A DNA stretch of 47,083 nt from Allosphingosinicella sp. (lineage in GTDB: Bacteria; Pseudomonadota; Alphaproteobacteria; Sphingomonadales; Sphingomonadaceae). A program made the translations under genes and the position numbers. The DNA is taken from NCBI GenBank assembly GCA_035936615.1, contig DASYWC010000195.1:1-47083 (forward strand). Reading direction: 5' to 3'. Shown one piece after another: positions 1 to 8,609 of the stretch. Position 1 is the first letter of the stretch. Each line of letters starts with the position of its first letter. A model generated the notes under the pieces. It was not told where the DNA came from. It was given only the letters and a program-made list of their open reading frames with translations, and searched no databases.

Positions 1-546
1 TGGGCTTTTGCTCTTCGCCAGCCCGATCGCGAGCGCGCCGGACTTATCCCGGGCAGTGTAGACCAGCCAATATTCCTCACCGACGCGGGCCATTTCCGGC
101 GCCCAGAAGTCGGCCACGTTCCTGCCCGCCGCGGCCCAGCCGGGTGTGCGGCCTTCGGGGAATACGAAGCCCGCGTGCTCCCACTTCTCAAGGGCGCTGG
201 AGCGAAGGATCGGGAACGCGCCCGGAGCATCGTTCGACGTCACGACGAGAACATACTCCTCGCCCGTTCGAAGCACCGCCGGATCGCCGTAGCCGTAGAG
301 GATGCCCTCGCTCAAATTCTCGGTGATCAGCGGCCGCCACAAGGCAGAGCCGAGGGCCGGGAGTTCTCCATAGCTGTGTGGAGCGCGCGTGCCGAAGTCG
401 CCGGCGAGCTTCTCGTAGAAGTCGATGTAGTGCTTCTGCTCTCCTGCGGGCAGGCGGTAGTGGCGAGTCGTGCCCTGCGCAGTCACGGCGAAGCGGAGGG
501 CTTCGCCTTCCGCGGCCACATCGACCTCGAAGTAACCGGCTCTCAT
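1..546 (-). CDS. Glycoside hydrolase family 43 protein (5' part; runs off the window edge)
   Basis: Not in the ORF track. My translation from ATG at 546 is open to position 1: MRAGYFEVDV...GILYGYGDPAVLRTGEEYVLVVTSNDAPGAFPILRS...ADFWAPEMARVGEEYWLVYTARDKSGALAIGLAKSKSP. GDPAV and FWAPE are typical GH43 beta-propeller motifs. Confidence 0.85.
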   Translation of the reverse strand, partial: MRAGYFEVDVAAEGEALRFAVTAQGTTRHYRLPAGEQKHYIDFYEKLAGDFGTRAPHSYGELPALGSALWRPLITENLSEGILYGYGDPAVLRTGEEYVLVVTSNDAPGAFPILRSSALEKWEHAGFVFPEGRTPGWAAAGRNVADFWAPEMARVGEEYWLVYTARDKSGALAIGLAKSKSP

Positions 547-589
547 CCCAGCTCGACCGGAGCGCGGGAAAAGAGCCGGTACCTCGTAC

Positions 590-1024
590 TTAACTCCGGT
601 GTGCGGCGGTATCCTTGTGGAAGAAACCGAAATAGGCGGCCGGGGCGGCGAGCAGCAAGTGCAGCCACACGTCGTTGCCGAAGATCGGGATCAGCCCGAA
701 GGTGGTGTTGAGACCCGGAATGAGGCCCATCACGACCAGCAGGGCGTAAGCGACCGCGACGACTTTCGCGTAACCCTTGGCGGCTGCGTGGCTTTTGCTT
801 GCAACCAGGCCCCACACGCCGAACACGAGATGGACGATGTTGTGCAGGATGTTCACCGGGAACAGCCCCAGAGCGTCCCCGTAAAATGAATCCACTGCCA
901 GATCCGGATAGGAGGCGGGGGCGGGGTGCCAGAGGCCGGGGATGAAGCCGGAGGCGCCGGCAAGCAGGAAAGCTGCGCCCCAGACCATGGCGAAAGTGCG
1001 GGTGGCGGACTTGCCGTTCTTCAT
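590..1024 (-). CDS. DUF4383-like small integral membrane protein
   Basis: Four hydrophobic segments; LFPVNILHNIVHL and ND-WLHL motifs; GGGAG RBS upstream. Confidence 0.75.
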   Translation of the reverse strand: MKNGKSATRTFAMVWGAAFLLAGASGFIPGLWHPAPASYPDLAVDSFYGDALGLFPVNILHNIVHLVFGVWGLVASKSHAAAKGYAKVVAVAYALLVVMGLIPGLNTTFGLIPIFGNDVWLHLLLAAPAAYFGFFHKDTAAHRS

Positions 1025-1065
1025 TTGCGGGTCTCCCCTGAGGGTAAGGCTGATAAGGCTTCCGT

Positions 1066-1090
1066 AACCTTGGCATGCGGCGAAAGTTCC
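1066..1090 (-). promoter_or_regulatory. EcfG/sigmaT-type promoter GGAAC-N16-GGTT
   Basis: Minus strand reads GGAACTTTCGCCGCATGCCAAGGTT, about 40 bp upstream of the DUF4383 gene. Confidence 0.55.
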
Positions 1091-1193
1091 GCGTCTGCGG
1101 AGGCAAGCCGAAGGTCGTGCGCCCAGGCAACCATTTGCCTGCTGTCGTTTTTAGACAAAGGCCGCCGCTTCCGGTTATCAGAAAGCCAGTACA

Positions 1194-2273
1194 TTGAACC
1201 CCTTACACGCCCACATCAACGCCATCGGTACCGCGGTGCCGACACACGATGTACACCATGCCTTCATCGCCTGGGCTGAGCAGCAACTTCCCGGCGAGCG
1301 CGAGAAGTCCGTGTTCCGGCGCATGGCCGACCGAGCGGCGATCAAGCACCGCTGGTCCGTCTTGCCGCCTACCCCGGAGGGCGGCTCGCCGGTTGCGATC
1401 GGCGGTTTCTACGGCACCGACGGGTCCCCAACGACCGCTGCCAGAATGAAAATTTACGCCCAGGCCGCGCCGCCTCTCGCCCTTGCGGCGATCGACAGCC
1501 TTTCCAGGAAGACCAATATCCACGGCACCACCCATCTGGTGGTGGCCAGCTGCACCGGCTTCGTCGCTCCGGGGATCGACCAGATCATCGCCGCCGAGCT
1601 TGGGCTGGGGCTGGACGTGGAGCGGACGCTCGTCGGGTTCATGGGCTGCTACGCGGCCGTCGCTGCTCTGCGCCTCGCGCACCATATCGTCCGCTCCGAG
1701 CCGTCGGCGCGGGTGCTGGTGGTGACGGTCGAGCTTTCCACCCTGCACCTTCAGTTCAGTCGTGAGATCGAGCCGCTCCTGGCCATGCTCCAGTTCGGCG
1801 ACGGGGCCGCTGCGGCACTCGTCACCGGCGATCCGGCGGGTTTCGCCATCTCGGATCCCTTCGCAGCCTCCCTTGCCGACACCACCCACCTCATCCGCTG
1901 GACGGTCGGCGACAGCGGCTTTGCGATGCACCTTTCAGGCGAGGTACCCGGGCAGATCGGCCGCGCCCTTGCCGAAGGGGAAGAGTTGCGCGCCCGGTTG
2001 CTTGGCGGTTCGTCGCCTGAGTCAGTGGACGCCTGGGCGGTGCACGCGGGCGGCAGGTCGATCCTGGACTCGGTGGAGAACGCCCTCGGCCTTGAGCCGG
2101 ACGCGCTCAACGAGTCGAGGGAGGTGCTCGCGCGCTTCGGCAACATGTCCTCGTCCACCCTGATGTTCGTACTTGCCGATCTGCTGGGGCATTCCCGGCC
2201 GCGCAGCGGCATTGCACTGGCGTTCGGCCCGGGGCTGGCGGCGGAAGGCTTCCGCTTCCAGTCCGCCCCGTGA
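1194..2273 (+). CDS. Type III polyketide synthase (chalcone/stilbene synthase family)
   Basis: Catalytic triad motifs GFMGC, WAVHAGG and GNMSS; FGDGAAA; C-terminal AFGPGL. The TTG start is approximate. Confidence 0.92.
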   Translation: MNPLHAHINAIGTAVPTHDVHHAFIAWAEQQLPGEREKSVFRRMADRAAIKHRWSVLPPTPEGGSPVAIGGFYGTDGSPTTAARMKIYAQAAPPLALAAIDSLSRKTNIHGTTHLVVASCTGFVAPGIDQIIAAELGLGLDVERTLVGFMGCYAAVAALRLAHHIVRSEPSARVLVVTVELSTLHLQFSREIEPLLAMLQFGDGAAAALVTGDPAGFAISDPFAASLADTTHLIRWTVGDSGFAMHLSGEVPGQIGRALAEGEELRARLLGGSSPESVDAWAVHAGGRSILDSVENALGLEPDALNESREVLARFGNMSSSTLMFVLADLLGHSRPRSGIALAFGPGLAAEGFRFQSAP

Positions 2274-2965
2274 GAAGCCTCCAGACCCGCTCGCGCGAAG
2301 AGGAGCAGATGGATTCGGTCCATCTGGATCCTGATACCTACGCGGGGATCCTGGGCGACCTCAGCCGAGTGAACAGCTGGACCTTCGCAAGGCGGCCCAC
2401 GCTCCACTTCCTCTCGCGGGCCGTGGGCAATCGGCGGCGCTTCAGGCTGCTCGACGTGGGCTTCGGCCACGGCGACATGCTCCGCGCGATCGCACGCTGG
2501 GCGCGCCGCCGGGGAATTGCAGCCGAGCTTGTCGGAGTGGATCTGAACCCCAAGAGCGCTTCCATCGCCGAGGCAGAGACTTCTCCCGACCTTGGAATCC
2601 GCTACCACACGGGAGACTATCGAGAGATCGGCGGCGCCTTCGACGTGATCGTGAGCAATCTCGTGGCGCACCACATGAGTGACCTGCAGCTCCGGGACTT
2701 CCTGCGTTTCATGGAGCAGGAGGCGGGGAGGGGGTGGATCGTCAACGACCTTCACCGTCACCGCATCGCCCACCTGTCCTATCCGCTCCTCTGCCGGATC
2801 ATGGGCTGGCACAGGATCGTCTGCGAGGACGGCCGGCTCTCCATCGCCCGCTCCTTCCGCCCGGCCGAGTGGCGATCCATCCTGGCGGACGCGGACATTT
2901 CACTTGACGCGGCCCGCGTGGTCCGCCGCTTTCCGTTCCGGCTATGCGTCGAACGTCTGCGCTGA
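2270..2965 (+). CDS. Class I SAM-dependent methyltransferase
   Basis: LLDVGFGHGD SAM-binding motif, SNLVAHH, NDLHR; GTGA overlap with the PKS stop. Confidence 0.88.
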   Translation: MRSLQTRSREEEQMDSVHLDPDTYAGILGDLSRVNSWTFARRPTLHFLSRAVGNRRRFRLLDVGFGHGDMLRAIARWARRRGIAAELVGVDLNPKSASIAEAETSPDLGIRYHTGDYREIGGAFDVIVSNLVAHHMSDLQLRDFLRFMEQEAGRGWIVNDLHRHRIAHLSYPLLCRIMGWHRIVCEDGRLSIARSFRPAEWRSILADADISLDAARVVRRFPFRLCVERLR

Positions 2966-4038
2966 TCGTCGGCGGCGGCCCCGCGGGCTCCGCTGCAGCG
3001 ATCATGCTCGCCCGCGCCGGAGCGGTTCCGGAGCTGATCGAACGCACCAGCGGGCCGAGGGATGTCGTATGCGGAGGCTTCCTCGGATGGGACGCGCTCG
3101 CGGCGCTGCGGCAGGTGGGCGTTGACGCCTGGGCGCTTGGCGCCCGGCCGATCGAGCGGCTTCGGCTGGGCGGCGCGAAGCGCACCGTAGAGGTGCAGCT
3201 CCCCTTTCGCGCCGCAGGCCTCTCGCGCCGCACGCTGGACGAAGCACTCCTCGCGGCGGCCGCCGACGCCGGCGCGTGGGTGCGGCGCGGAGCCGCGGTG
3301 AGGGCGGTCGAGGACGGCCGAAGGGTTCGGCTCGATACCGGCGACGAGATCGAGGCAGGGGCCTTGTTCCTCGCAACGGGCAAGCACGAGCTTCGCGGCC
3401 TTGCGCGTCCTCGCGAGGTGGTGGCTGCCGATGCGGTCGTCGGCTTCCGCACCGCCTTGCGATCGAGCCCTGGCCTGCAGGAGGCCCTAAAAGGCTTGAT
3501 CGAGCTTCACCTGTTCGACGGGGGCTATGCCGGACTGCTTCTGCAGGAGGACGGCAGCGCCAACCTGTGCCTTTCGGCGGCGCGCGCTCGGCTCACCCGA
3601 GCCGGCGGCATAGAAAACTTGCTTGCAGAGCTGTCGAGCGAGGCGCCGGGTCTCGCTCGCCGCCTTGAGGAGGGCGAGGTCTCCGAGTGGGAGGCGGTGG
3701 CCGGCGTGCCCTATGGCTGGCGGGCCCGCGCCACAGAGCCGGGGATATTCAGGCTCGGCGACCAGGCAGCGGTAATCGCATCGCTTGCAGGGGACGGAAT
3801 CGCCATCGCCCTCACGAGCGGGATCGCGGCCGCCACTGCGTACTCTCTGCACGGGCCCGGGGGTGCGGAGGTCTTCCAGCAGCGCTTCGCAAGCAAAGCC
3901 GCTCGGCCCCTCGCCGTCGCCTCCGCCCTACGCCAGGCAGCCGAAAACCCGGCCCGCCGAAACATGCTGATGCATGTGCTCGGACTATTCCCCTCGCTTG
4001 CCTCGCTCGCGGCGCGGGCAACCCGCATCGAGGAATGA
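2944..4038 (+). CDS. FAD-dependent oxidoreductase/monooxygenase (geranylgeranyl reductase/UbiH-like)
   Basis: IVGGGPAG dinucleotide-binding motif, VCGGFL, and LGDQAA..SLAGDGI second FAD motif; overlaps the methyltransferase gene. Confidence 0.85.
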   Translation: MRRTSALIVGGGPAGSAAAIMLARAGAVPELIERTSGPRDVVCGGFLGWDALAALRQVGVDAWALGARPIERLRLGGAKRTVEVQLPFRAAGLSRRTLDEALLAAAADAGAWVRRGAAVRAVEDGRRVRLDTGDEIEAGALFLATGKHELRGLARPREVVAADAVVGFRTALRSSPGLQEALKGLIELHLFDGGYAGLLLQEDGSANLCLSAARARLTRAGGIENLLAELSSEAPGLARRLEEGEVSEWEAVAGVPYGWRARATEPGIFRLGDQAAVIASLAGDGIAIALTSGIAAATAYSLHGPGGAEVFQQRFASKAARPLAVASALRQAAENPARRNMLMHVLGLFPSLASLAARATRIEE

Positions 4039-4042
4039 TCCC

Positions 4043-4567
4043 TCAGCAACCGCTGGCGAGTTGGCCCGCAAGCTCGGCGGACGGCGGAGAGTCCGCTTCG
4101 ATCTGCTGGTTTCCATAGAGGGCGCCCACGGTAGGTCCTGCGCTTAGCAGCCCGGCAAGGTTCCGAGGCACCGGGCCTTCGGCGGTCACTCCGGTGCCGG
4201 GGCGCTGGCGGGTCGGGTCGGCGACCAGGGTCACCGGGTTCTGCCCGAGCGCAAGCATGAACCGGTCCTCGCTTCCGATCGGAGTGAAGCTTGGAACGTT
4301 CACCACCAGCTTCGATCCGGTGCAGGCGAGGCTCATCCGAACCGTGCCGTCGGGGTTGTTCAGCCGCAGACCGGCGCCGTAATCCGCTCGCTCCCATTGG
4401 GGCCGCGGCTTGGCTGTGGCGGGCCCTCCGTCGGCCTCTGCCTGCTGGATCACGGGCGGCCCTGAAGGCTCGGGTAGCGGGCCTCCATCGCCGCCCGCCT
4501 GCTGCGCGGGTTCGGAGCCGCAGGAAGCGAGGGCGGCGGCTGCGGCCAGGACCGGCAAGCGTCTCAT
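4043..4567 (-). CDS. Hypothetical lipoprotein
   Basis: Start re-assigned to MRRLPVLAAAAALASC (lipobox LASC) with a GGAG RBS. Confidence 0.7.
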   Translation of the reverse strand: MRRLPVLAAAAALASCGSEPAQQAGGDGGPLPEPSGPPVIQQAEADGGPATAKPRPQWERADYGAGLRLNNPDGTVRMSLACTGSKLVVNVPSFTPIGSEDRFMLALGQNPVTLVADPTRQRPGTGVTAEGPVPRNLAGLLSAGPTVGALYGNQQIEADSPPSAELAGQLASGC

Positions 4568-4621
4568 GCTCTTCTCCAGAGGCTTGACGGCCGGGCTTAG
4601 CTCAGCCTTAGCCTGCCGTCC

Positions 4622-5026
4622 ATGAAGCGTGAGACGGAAAAGCGGCTGCTGCAGCTCTGCACGGCCCTTGCATGCATAGTCCCCTTCGCCGCGGGCGGCT
4701 CCGGGGTCCTGGAAAGCGCAGGGGCGATGCGCGGCGTCGCCGATCCAGTGTCGGTCAGCCTCGACAGCCACTTCCGCTACCTCTCCGGTTTGCTGCTCGG
4801 CATCGGAATCTGCTTTGCCGCCTGCATCCCGGATGTCGAGAAGAAGGGGACTCTGGTCCGCGCCCTCGGCCTGATCGTGGTCGTCGGCGGATTGTCGAGG
4901 CTGTTCTCGCTGATCCAGGTGGGGGTCCCGGGCCCCGGCCACCAGTTCGGCTTGGTGATGGAGCTTGGAGTGGTCCCGCTGCTGGTGCTGTGGCAGGCGC
5001 GGGTCGCCAGGCGCTTCAAAAGTTGA
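4622..5026 (+). CDS. DUF4345-like membrane protein
   Basis: LDSHFRYLSG and GGLSRL motifs; four TM segments. Confidence 0.75.
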   Translation: MKRETEKRLLQLCTALACIVPFAAGGSGVLESAGAMRGVADPVSVSLDSHFRYLSGLLLGIGICFAACIPDVEKKGTLVRALGLIVVVGGLSRLFSLIQVGVPGPGHQFGLVMELGVVPLLVLWQARVARRFKS

Positions 5027-5060
5027 AGGGCCGCCGAACCTGAAATTCGGCGACCCCTCG
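5018..5060. terminator. Intrinsic terminator hairpin, probably bidirectional
   Basis: GAAGGGCCGCCGAA / TTCGGCGACCCCTC stem; T-rich tail on the minus strand. Confidence 0.6.
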
Positions 5061-5107
5061 ACATGGTCAGCGGCCGGATGCTCCAGCCCGGAAGACCCAC
5101 CGAAAGC

Positions 5108-5164
5108 CTAGGCTTTCATCTCCCGAACGAGCAGATCCTGCCTCTGTGCTGAACCATGAGACAT
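5108..5164 (-). CDS. Candidate 18-aa small ORF (MSHGSAQRQDLLVREMKA) within a putative sRNA/dual-function transcript
   Basis: Preceded by AAAGGAGGTGATCC (perfect anti-SD complement) and a TTGATC-N17-CATAGT promoter-like sequence; followed by hairpins and a terminator. Confidence 0.45.
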   Translation of the reverse strand: MSHGSAQRQDLLVREMKA

Positions 5165-5301
5165 CGGATCACCTCCTTTCGCTTGTTGAAGAGGAGGCCA
5201 CTATGAGTCGCGCCGAATCGCCGATCAAGACTTGATCTCAACTATTTTCTGGCTAAGATTCCTTGCTTCGCGCCGGGCCCAAGAGCCGCGGCGCTTTTCT
5301 T

Positions 5302-5847
5302 TTAGCTCCGGCAATCCTCGATCACCCGGGCCGGCTCCGGCCAGGCGGGAAGCACCAGCATCAGAGTGCCCGGAAGCTCGACAGTGAAGCGCCCGCGGGT
5401 GAAGGCTATATCGTCGAGGAACCGGTCGGTCGCCGGGAGAGTAGCCATGGCGTAAGGGAGCGGCTCCGTCTGCACGGACACGGGGAGGTTGCGTCCGCCC
5501 GACGTCGTCCGGATGGTCATCACGTTGCCTCGGGCCGTTCCTTCGCGGGACAAGGTCACCTGCCGGCGCGCACGCTCGCAGCGCAGGATGAAGGCTGCTT
5601 CGGAATTGGCCGGTCCGAACAGCGCCTGCGTGGTGGCTCCCTGGCTGCTGTAATACCAGTTGCCGCCGCTGAGCGGCAGGTCGCGCCAGTCCTGAGCTGC
5701 GGGCGGCGGCGGAGGCAGGGGCTGGGGCTGGGGAGCGGGTCTCGGCTGCGGAAGCGGCAGCGGCTGCGGTGGAGGCGGAGGAGGCGCCTGGCGGGCGCAT
5801 GCGGCGGCCAGAACAACGCTGCCGACGAACAGGACACGCAACTTCAT
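5302..5847 (-). CDS. Hypothetical Pro-rich lipoprotein
   Basis: Lipobox AAAC, Pro-rich linker, W..FGPANSE..F..RC domain. Confidence 0.75.
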   Translation of the reverse strand: MKLRVLFVGSVVLAAACARQAPPPPPPQPLPLPQPRPAPQPQPLPPPPPAAQDWRDLPLSGGNWYYSSQGATTQALFGPANSEAAFILRCERARRQVTLSREGTARGNVMTIRTTSGGRNLPVSVQTEPLPYAMATLPATDRFLDDIAFTRGRFTVELPGTLMLVLPAWPEPARVIEDCRS

Positions 5848-5909
5848 CCGTTCACTCCACGGTTCGGGTGTTCAACAGCACGGCGGCACATTCGATCCAG
5901 GGGCCGTGC

Positions 5910-6530
5910 TTACCGGGTAACGTTCGCCACGACCGAATTCACGTCTTCGGCGGGAGCGGTGGGAGCCGCGGGCGTTGCGGCCCGGGAGGCAGCCCGCGGA
6001 TTGGCGCAGCCCTCGATGAACTCGCCGATCGCCGGGCTTGCCGGAAGGACCAGCGGGGGGCCGTCGCCCATGCTGATCCGGATCGGTTGCTGGGCCTGGC
6101 GGAGCTGCGTTAGGAGCTCGTCCTGCGCAGGAACCGCCGCCCGAAGCTTCGGAATCGGCCCCTGAGCCGGGTTGACGGCCAGGTTGCGGGTCTCCGCCCC
6201 CATCGCGATGGTCATCATTTCGCCGCGGTCGCTGGCGACGGAGCCGTGGCGGTTCAAGAGAATGCCCCCGCGAGAGTCGCACGCGATGCTAAACAGGGGC
6301 TCTGTGTTCGCCGGTCCGAACTGGAGCACCGTCTGCTCGTCCTGCATGGACCGGATCCACTCGCCGATGGCCGGCTCGCTATCATCCGTGATCGGAGCCT
6401 TTACCGGGTCGACCATATTATAGGCTCCGCCGTCGTCGGTCGGCGTCGCTTCCGGAGGCTCGCTGTCCGCGCAGGCGGCAAGTACGGCGCACGCGGCAAG
6501 GGCAGCGAGGAGCGGGAGGCGGCGGCGCAT
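5910..6530 (-). CDS. Hypothetical lipoprotein, paralog of the adjacent gene
   Basis: Start re-assigned to MRRRLPLLAALAACAVLAAC with an AAGGAG RBS; GEW..FGPANTEPLFSIAC. Confidence 0.75.
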   Translation of the reverse strand: MRRRLPLLAALAACAVLAACADSEPPEATPTDDGGAYNMVDPVKAPITDDSEPAIGEWIRSMQDEQTVLQFGPANTEPLFSIACDSRGGILLNRHGSVASDRGEMMTIAMGAETRNLAVNPAQGPIPKLRAAVPAQDELLTQLRQAQQPIRISMGDGPPLVLPASPAIGEFIEGCANPRAASRAATPAAPTAPAEDVNSVVANVTR

Positions 6531-6616
6531 GTCAGTCTCTCCTTGGCAGCGGGCGCGATGTGCCTTCGCCCGTGAGCCGCGGAAGGTCAATGGCGGAAGG
6601 CCCCAAAAGCAGTTGC

Positions 6617-6641
6617 GGAACGGACGCGGCGGGTCCGGGTT
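6617..6641 (+). promoter_or_regulatory. EcfG/sigmaT-type promoter GGAAC-N16-GGTT
   Basis: GGAACGGACGCGGCGGGTCCGGGTT, 45 bp upstream of the aldo/keto reductase start. Confidence 0.55.
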
Positions 6642-6686
6642 CACGTGGCAGCGGTTCCAACGCCGCACCCACAAGGAGAGCAGCAG

Positions 6687-7631
6687 TTGAAATATCGGCG
6701 TCTAGGATCGAGCGCGCTTGAGGTATCGGAAATCTCACTTGGTTCATGGCTCACCTACGGCCTCGGGATTGAGGCGGACAAGGCCCGCGCCTGCCTCGAT
6801 GCAGCGTTCGCCTCCGGAATCAACCTGATCGACACCGCCAACATCTACGGTCGAGGTGCGGCCGAGAGCTTCCTTGGAGAGGCGCTCGCCGGCCGTCCTC
6901 GTGACAGCTACGTCCTCGCCACCAAGCTTTACTTTCCGATGAGCGACACCGACCGCGGGCTATCACGCTCCCAGATCCGAAAGCAGCTCGACGCGTCTCT
7001 GGAGCGGCTTCGAACCGACTATGTCGATCTCTATCAGTGCCACCGGTACGACTCGGACACTCCGCTCGAGGAGACGATGGAGGCGCTTAGCGAGGCGGTC
7101 CGAAGCGGAAAGACGCGCCACATCGGCTTTTCCGAATGGCCGGCGGACAAGATCCAGGCGGCGATAAGCATGTCAGGGGTGGAGCCGTTCGTGTCGAGCC
7201 AGCCCCAATACTCCCTGCTCTGGCGTGAGCCGGAGAAGGAGGTGATCCCGCTTTGCGCGGCCAACGGTATTTCCCAGATCGTCTGGTCGCCGCTTGGGCA
7301 GGGTGTGCTTACCGGCAAGTACTCGCCCGATACGCCGCCTCCTTCAGGCACTCGAGCGACAAGCGAGGAGATGGGCGGCTTCATGGACAGGCTGATGCAG
7401 CGCCGGGTCCTGGAAGCCGTGCAGCGGTTGAAGCCGATCGCTTCGGAAGGGGGCCTCAGCCTCGCTCAGTTCTCCCTCGCCTGGGTGCTTCGCGAACCCA
7501 ATGTGGCTTCAGCCATCATCGGTGCCTCCCGGCCCCAGCAGGTGGAAGAGAACGCGGCCGCCTCGGGAGCAGCCGTCGATCCCCACCTGTTCGCCGAGGC
7601 CGAGCGGATCGTGCGCGAGGCGCTGTCCTAG
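6687..7631 (+). CDS. Aldo/keto reductase (Kv-beta/Tas-like)
   Basis: YRRLG, LGSW, DTANIYG, LATK, DLYQCH, IGFSEW and WSPLGQG motifs; TTG start after an AAGGAG RBS. Confidence 0.92.
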   Translation: MKYRRLGSSALEVSEISLGSWLTYGLGIEADKARACLDAAFASGINLIDTANIYGRGAAESFLGEALAGRPRDSYVLATKLYFPMSDTDRGLSRSQIRKQLDASLERLRTDYVDLYQCHRYDSDTPLEETMEALSEAVRSGKTRHIGFSEWPADKIQAAISMSGVEPFVSSQPQYSLLWREPEKEVIPLCAANGISQIVWSPLGQGVLTGKYSPDTPPPSGTRATSEEMGGFMDRLMQRRVLEAVQRLKPIASEGGLSLAQFSLAWVLREPNVASAIIGASRPQQVEENAAASGAAVDPHLFAEAERIVREALS

Positions 7632-7669
7632 GCTGCGCTTCGGCGCCGGGACGTGTATAGGGGCATGGC

Positions 7670-8053
7670 ATGACGAAATCCGCCACAGACCTGATGCAGG
7701 AAATCATCTTCTCCGCAGTCATCGACTCCCTGGAGTCGCTTAAGAGCTCATCCAAGGGGATGCCGAACACGCTGCTTCGCGACATCAACTCGATCCATCC
7801 CAACGCCACCTTCGCGGACCTGCCCAGGGAATTGCAGGCGAGTATCTCCGCAAGCGTCCGGTCCGCGTTCAACCGGTTGCTAAAGGAAGGCTATTCGATC
7901 TCCCAGGGCGCGGCCGTGCAGGCTCGGAGCGCGTCCCCCGCCGCCCCTCCCCGAGGCCCCAGAAAGCCGCAGCGGCCGGGGGAGAGGCCGAAGCGCCCGG
8001 GCGACAGGCCCAAGCGTCCTCCCGGACCTCGAGGGCCGAACAAGCCGCGCTGA
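7670..8053 (+). CDS. Hypothetical protein with a basic Pro/Arg-rich tail
   Basis: Clean ORF with host-like codon usage; no family recognised. Confidence 0.65.
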   Translation: MTKSATDLMQEIIFSAVIDSLESLKSSSKGMPNTLLRDINSIHPNATFADLPRELQASISASVRSAFNRLLKEGYSISQGAAVQARSASPAAPPRGPRKPQRPGERPKRPGDRPKRPPGPRGPNKPR

Positions 8054-8057
8054 TCCC

Positions 8058-8465
8058 TTACTTCGCCACCCCCACGGGACGAATCTCGGCCAGCACACCG
8101 CTGCCGCAGCGAACGATTACCGCACCGTAGCGGCCTTGGGCGGGGAGGCTGAGGCTCACGTCGTGGGTAACGAGGGCGTCGGTAGCCCCGCCGGTTGGCG
8201 GTTCGGCCCGCAGGATCACCTCCTGCACCTGTGGATGGATCTCTTGCAGATTGCCTCGCTCGAGCCGAATCCGGTAGCCGCCGCTGGGGGCAGTCACTTT
8301 CCCGACCACGTTCAGCGTGGATTTGACGCCCGGCATGACGTCCACGAACGCGCGCCACGCGCCTGCGCTGACCACCGGGCAGGGCCCGGCAGGCGCCGGA
8401 ACTTCCGGTGCGACGCAAGCCGCAGGCAAGGCTGCGAGCAGAGCGACGGCGACGGCTTTTCTCAT
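8058..8465 (-). CDS. Hypothetical lipoprotein
   Basis: Start re-assigned to MRKAVAVALLAALPAAC (lipobox) with a GAGG RBS. Confidence 0.7.
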   Translation of the reverse strand: MRKAVAVALLAALPAACVAPEVPAPAGPCPVVSAGAWRAFVDVMPGVKSTLNVVGKVTAPSGGYRIRLERGNLQEIHPQVQEVILRAEPPTGGATDALVTHDVSLSLPAQGRYGAVIVRCGSGVLAEIRPVGVAK

Positions 8466-8548
8466 CGGCGCCTCAACGACCGAATGCGCCGGGCGGTTGC
8501 CCAGGCGCGGTGAACGTCTGGCTGGGCCGCCACGCCCAAAGCCAAAGC

Positions 8549-8573
8549 GGAACAGGGCGACCTGGGAGCCGTT
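8549..8573 (+). promoter_or_regulatory. EcfG/sigmaT-type promoter GGAAC-N16-CGTT
   Basis: GGAACAGGGCGACCTGGGAGCCGTT upstream of the 8610 gene. Confidence 0.6.
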
Positions 8574-8609
8574 TATGCCGGCAATCCAGTGACTTAGGAG
8601 TGAGTAAGT

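Noticed and set aside
175-711. 178-aa plus-strand ORF
   Set aside because: Shadow of the minus-strand GH43 gene.
5166-5180. GGATCACCTCCTTTC as a 16S rRNA gene end
   Set aside because: The flanking sequence has no rRNA similarity; it is better read as an extended Shine-Dalgarno on the minus strand.
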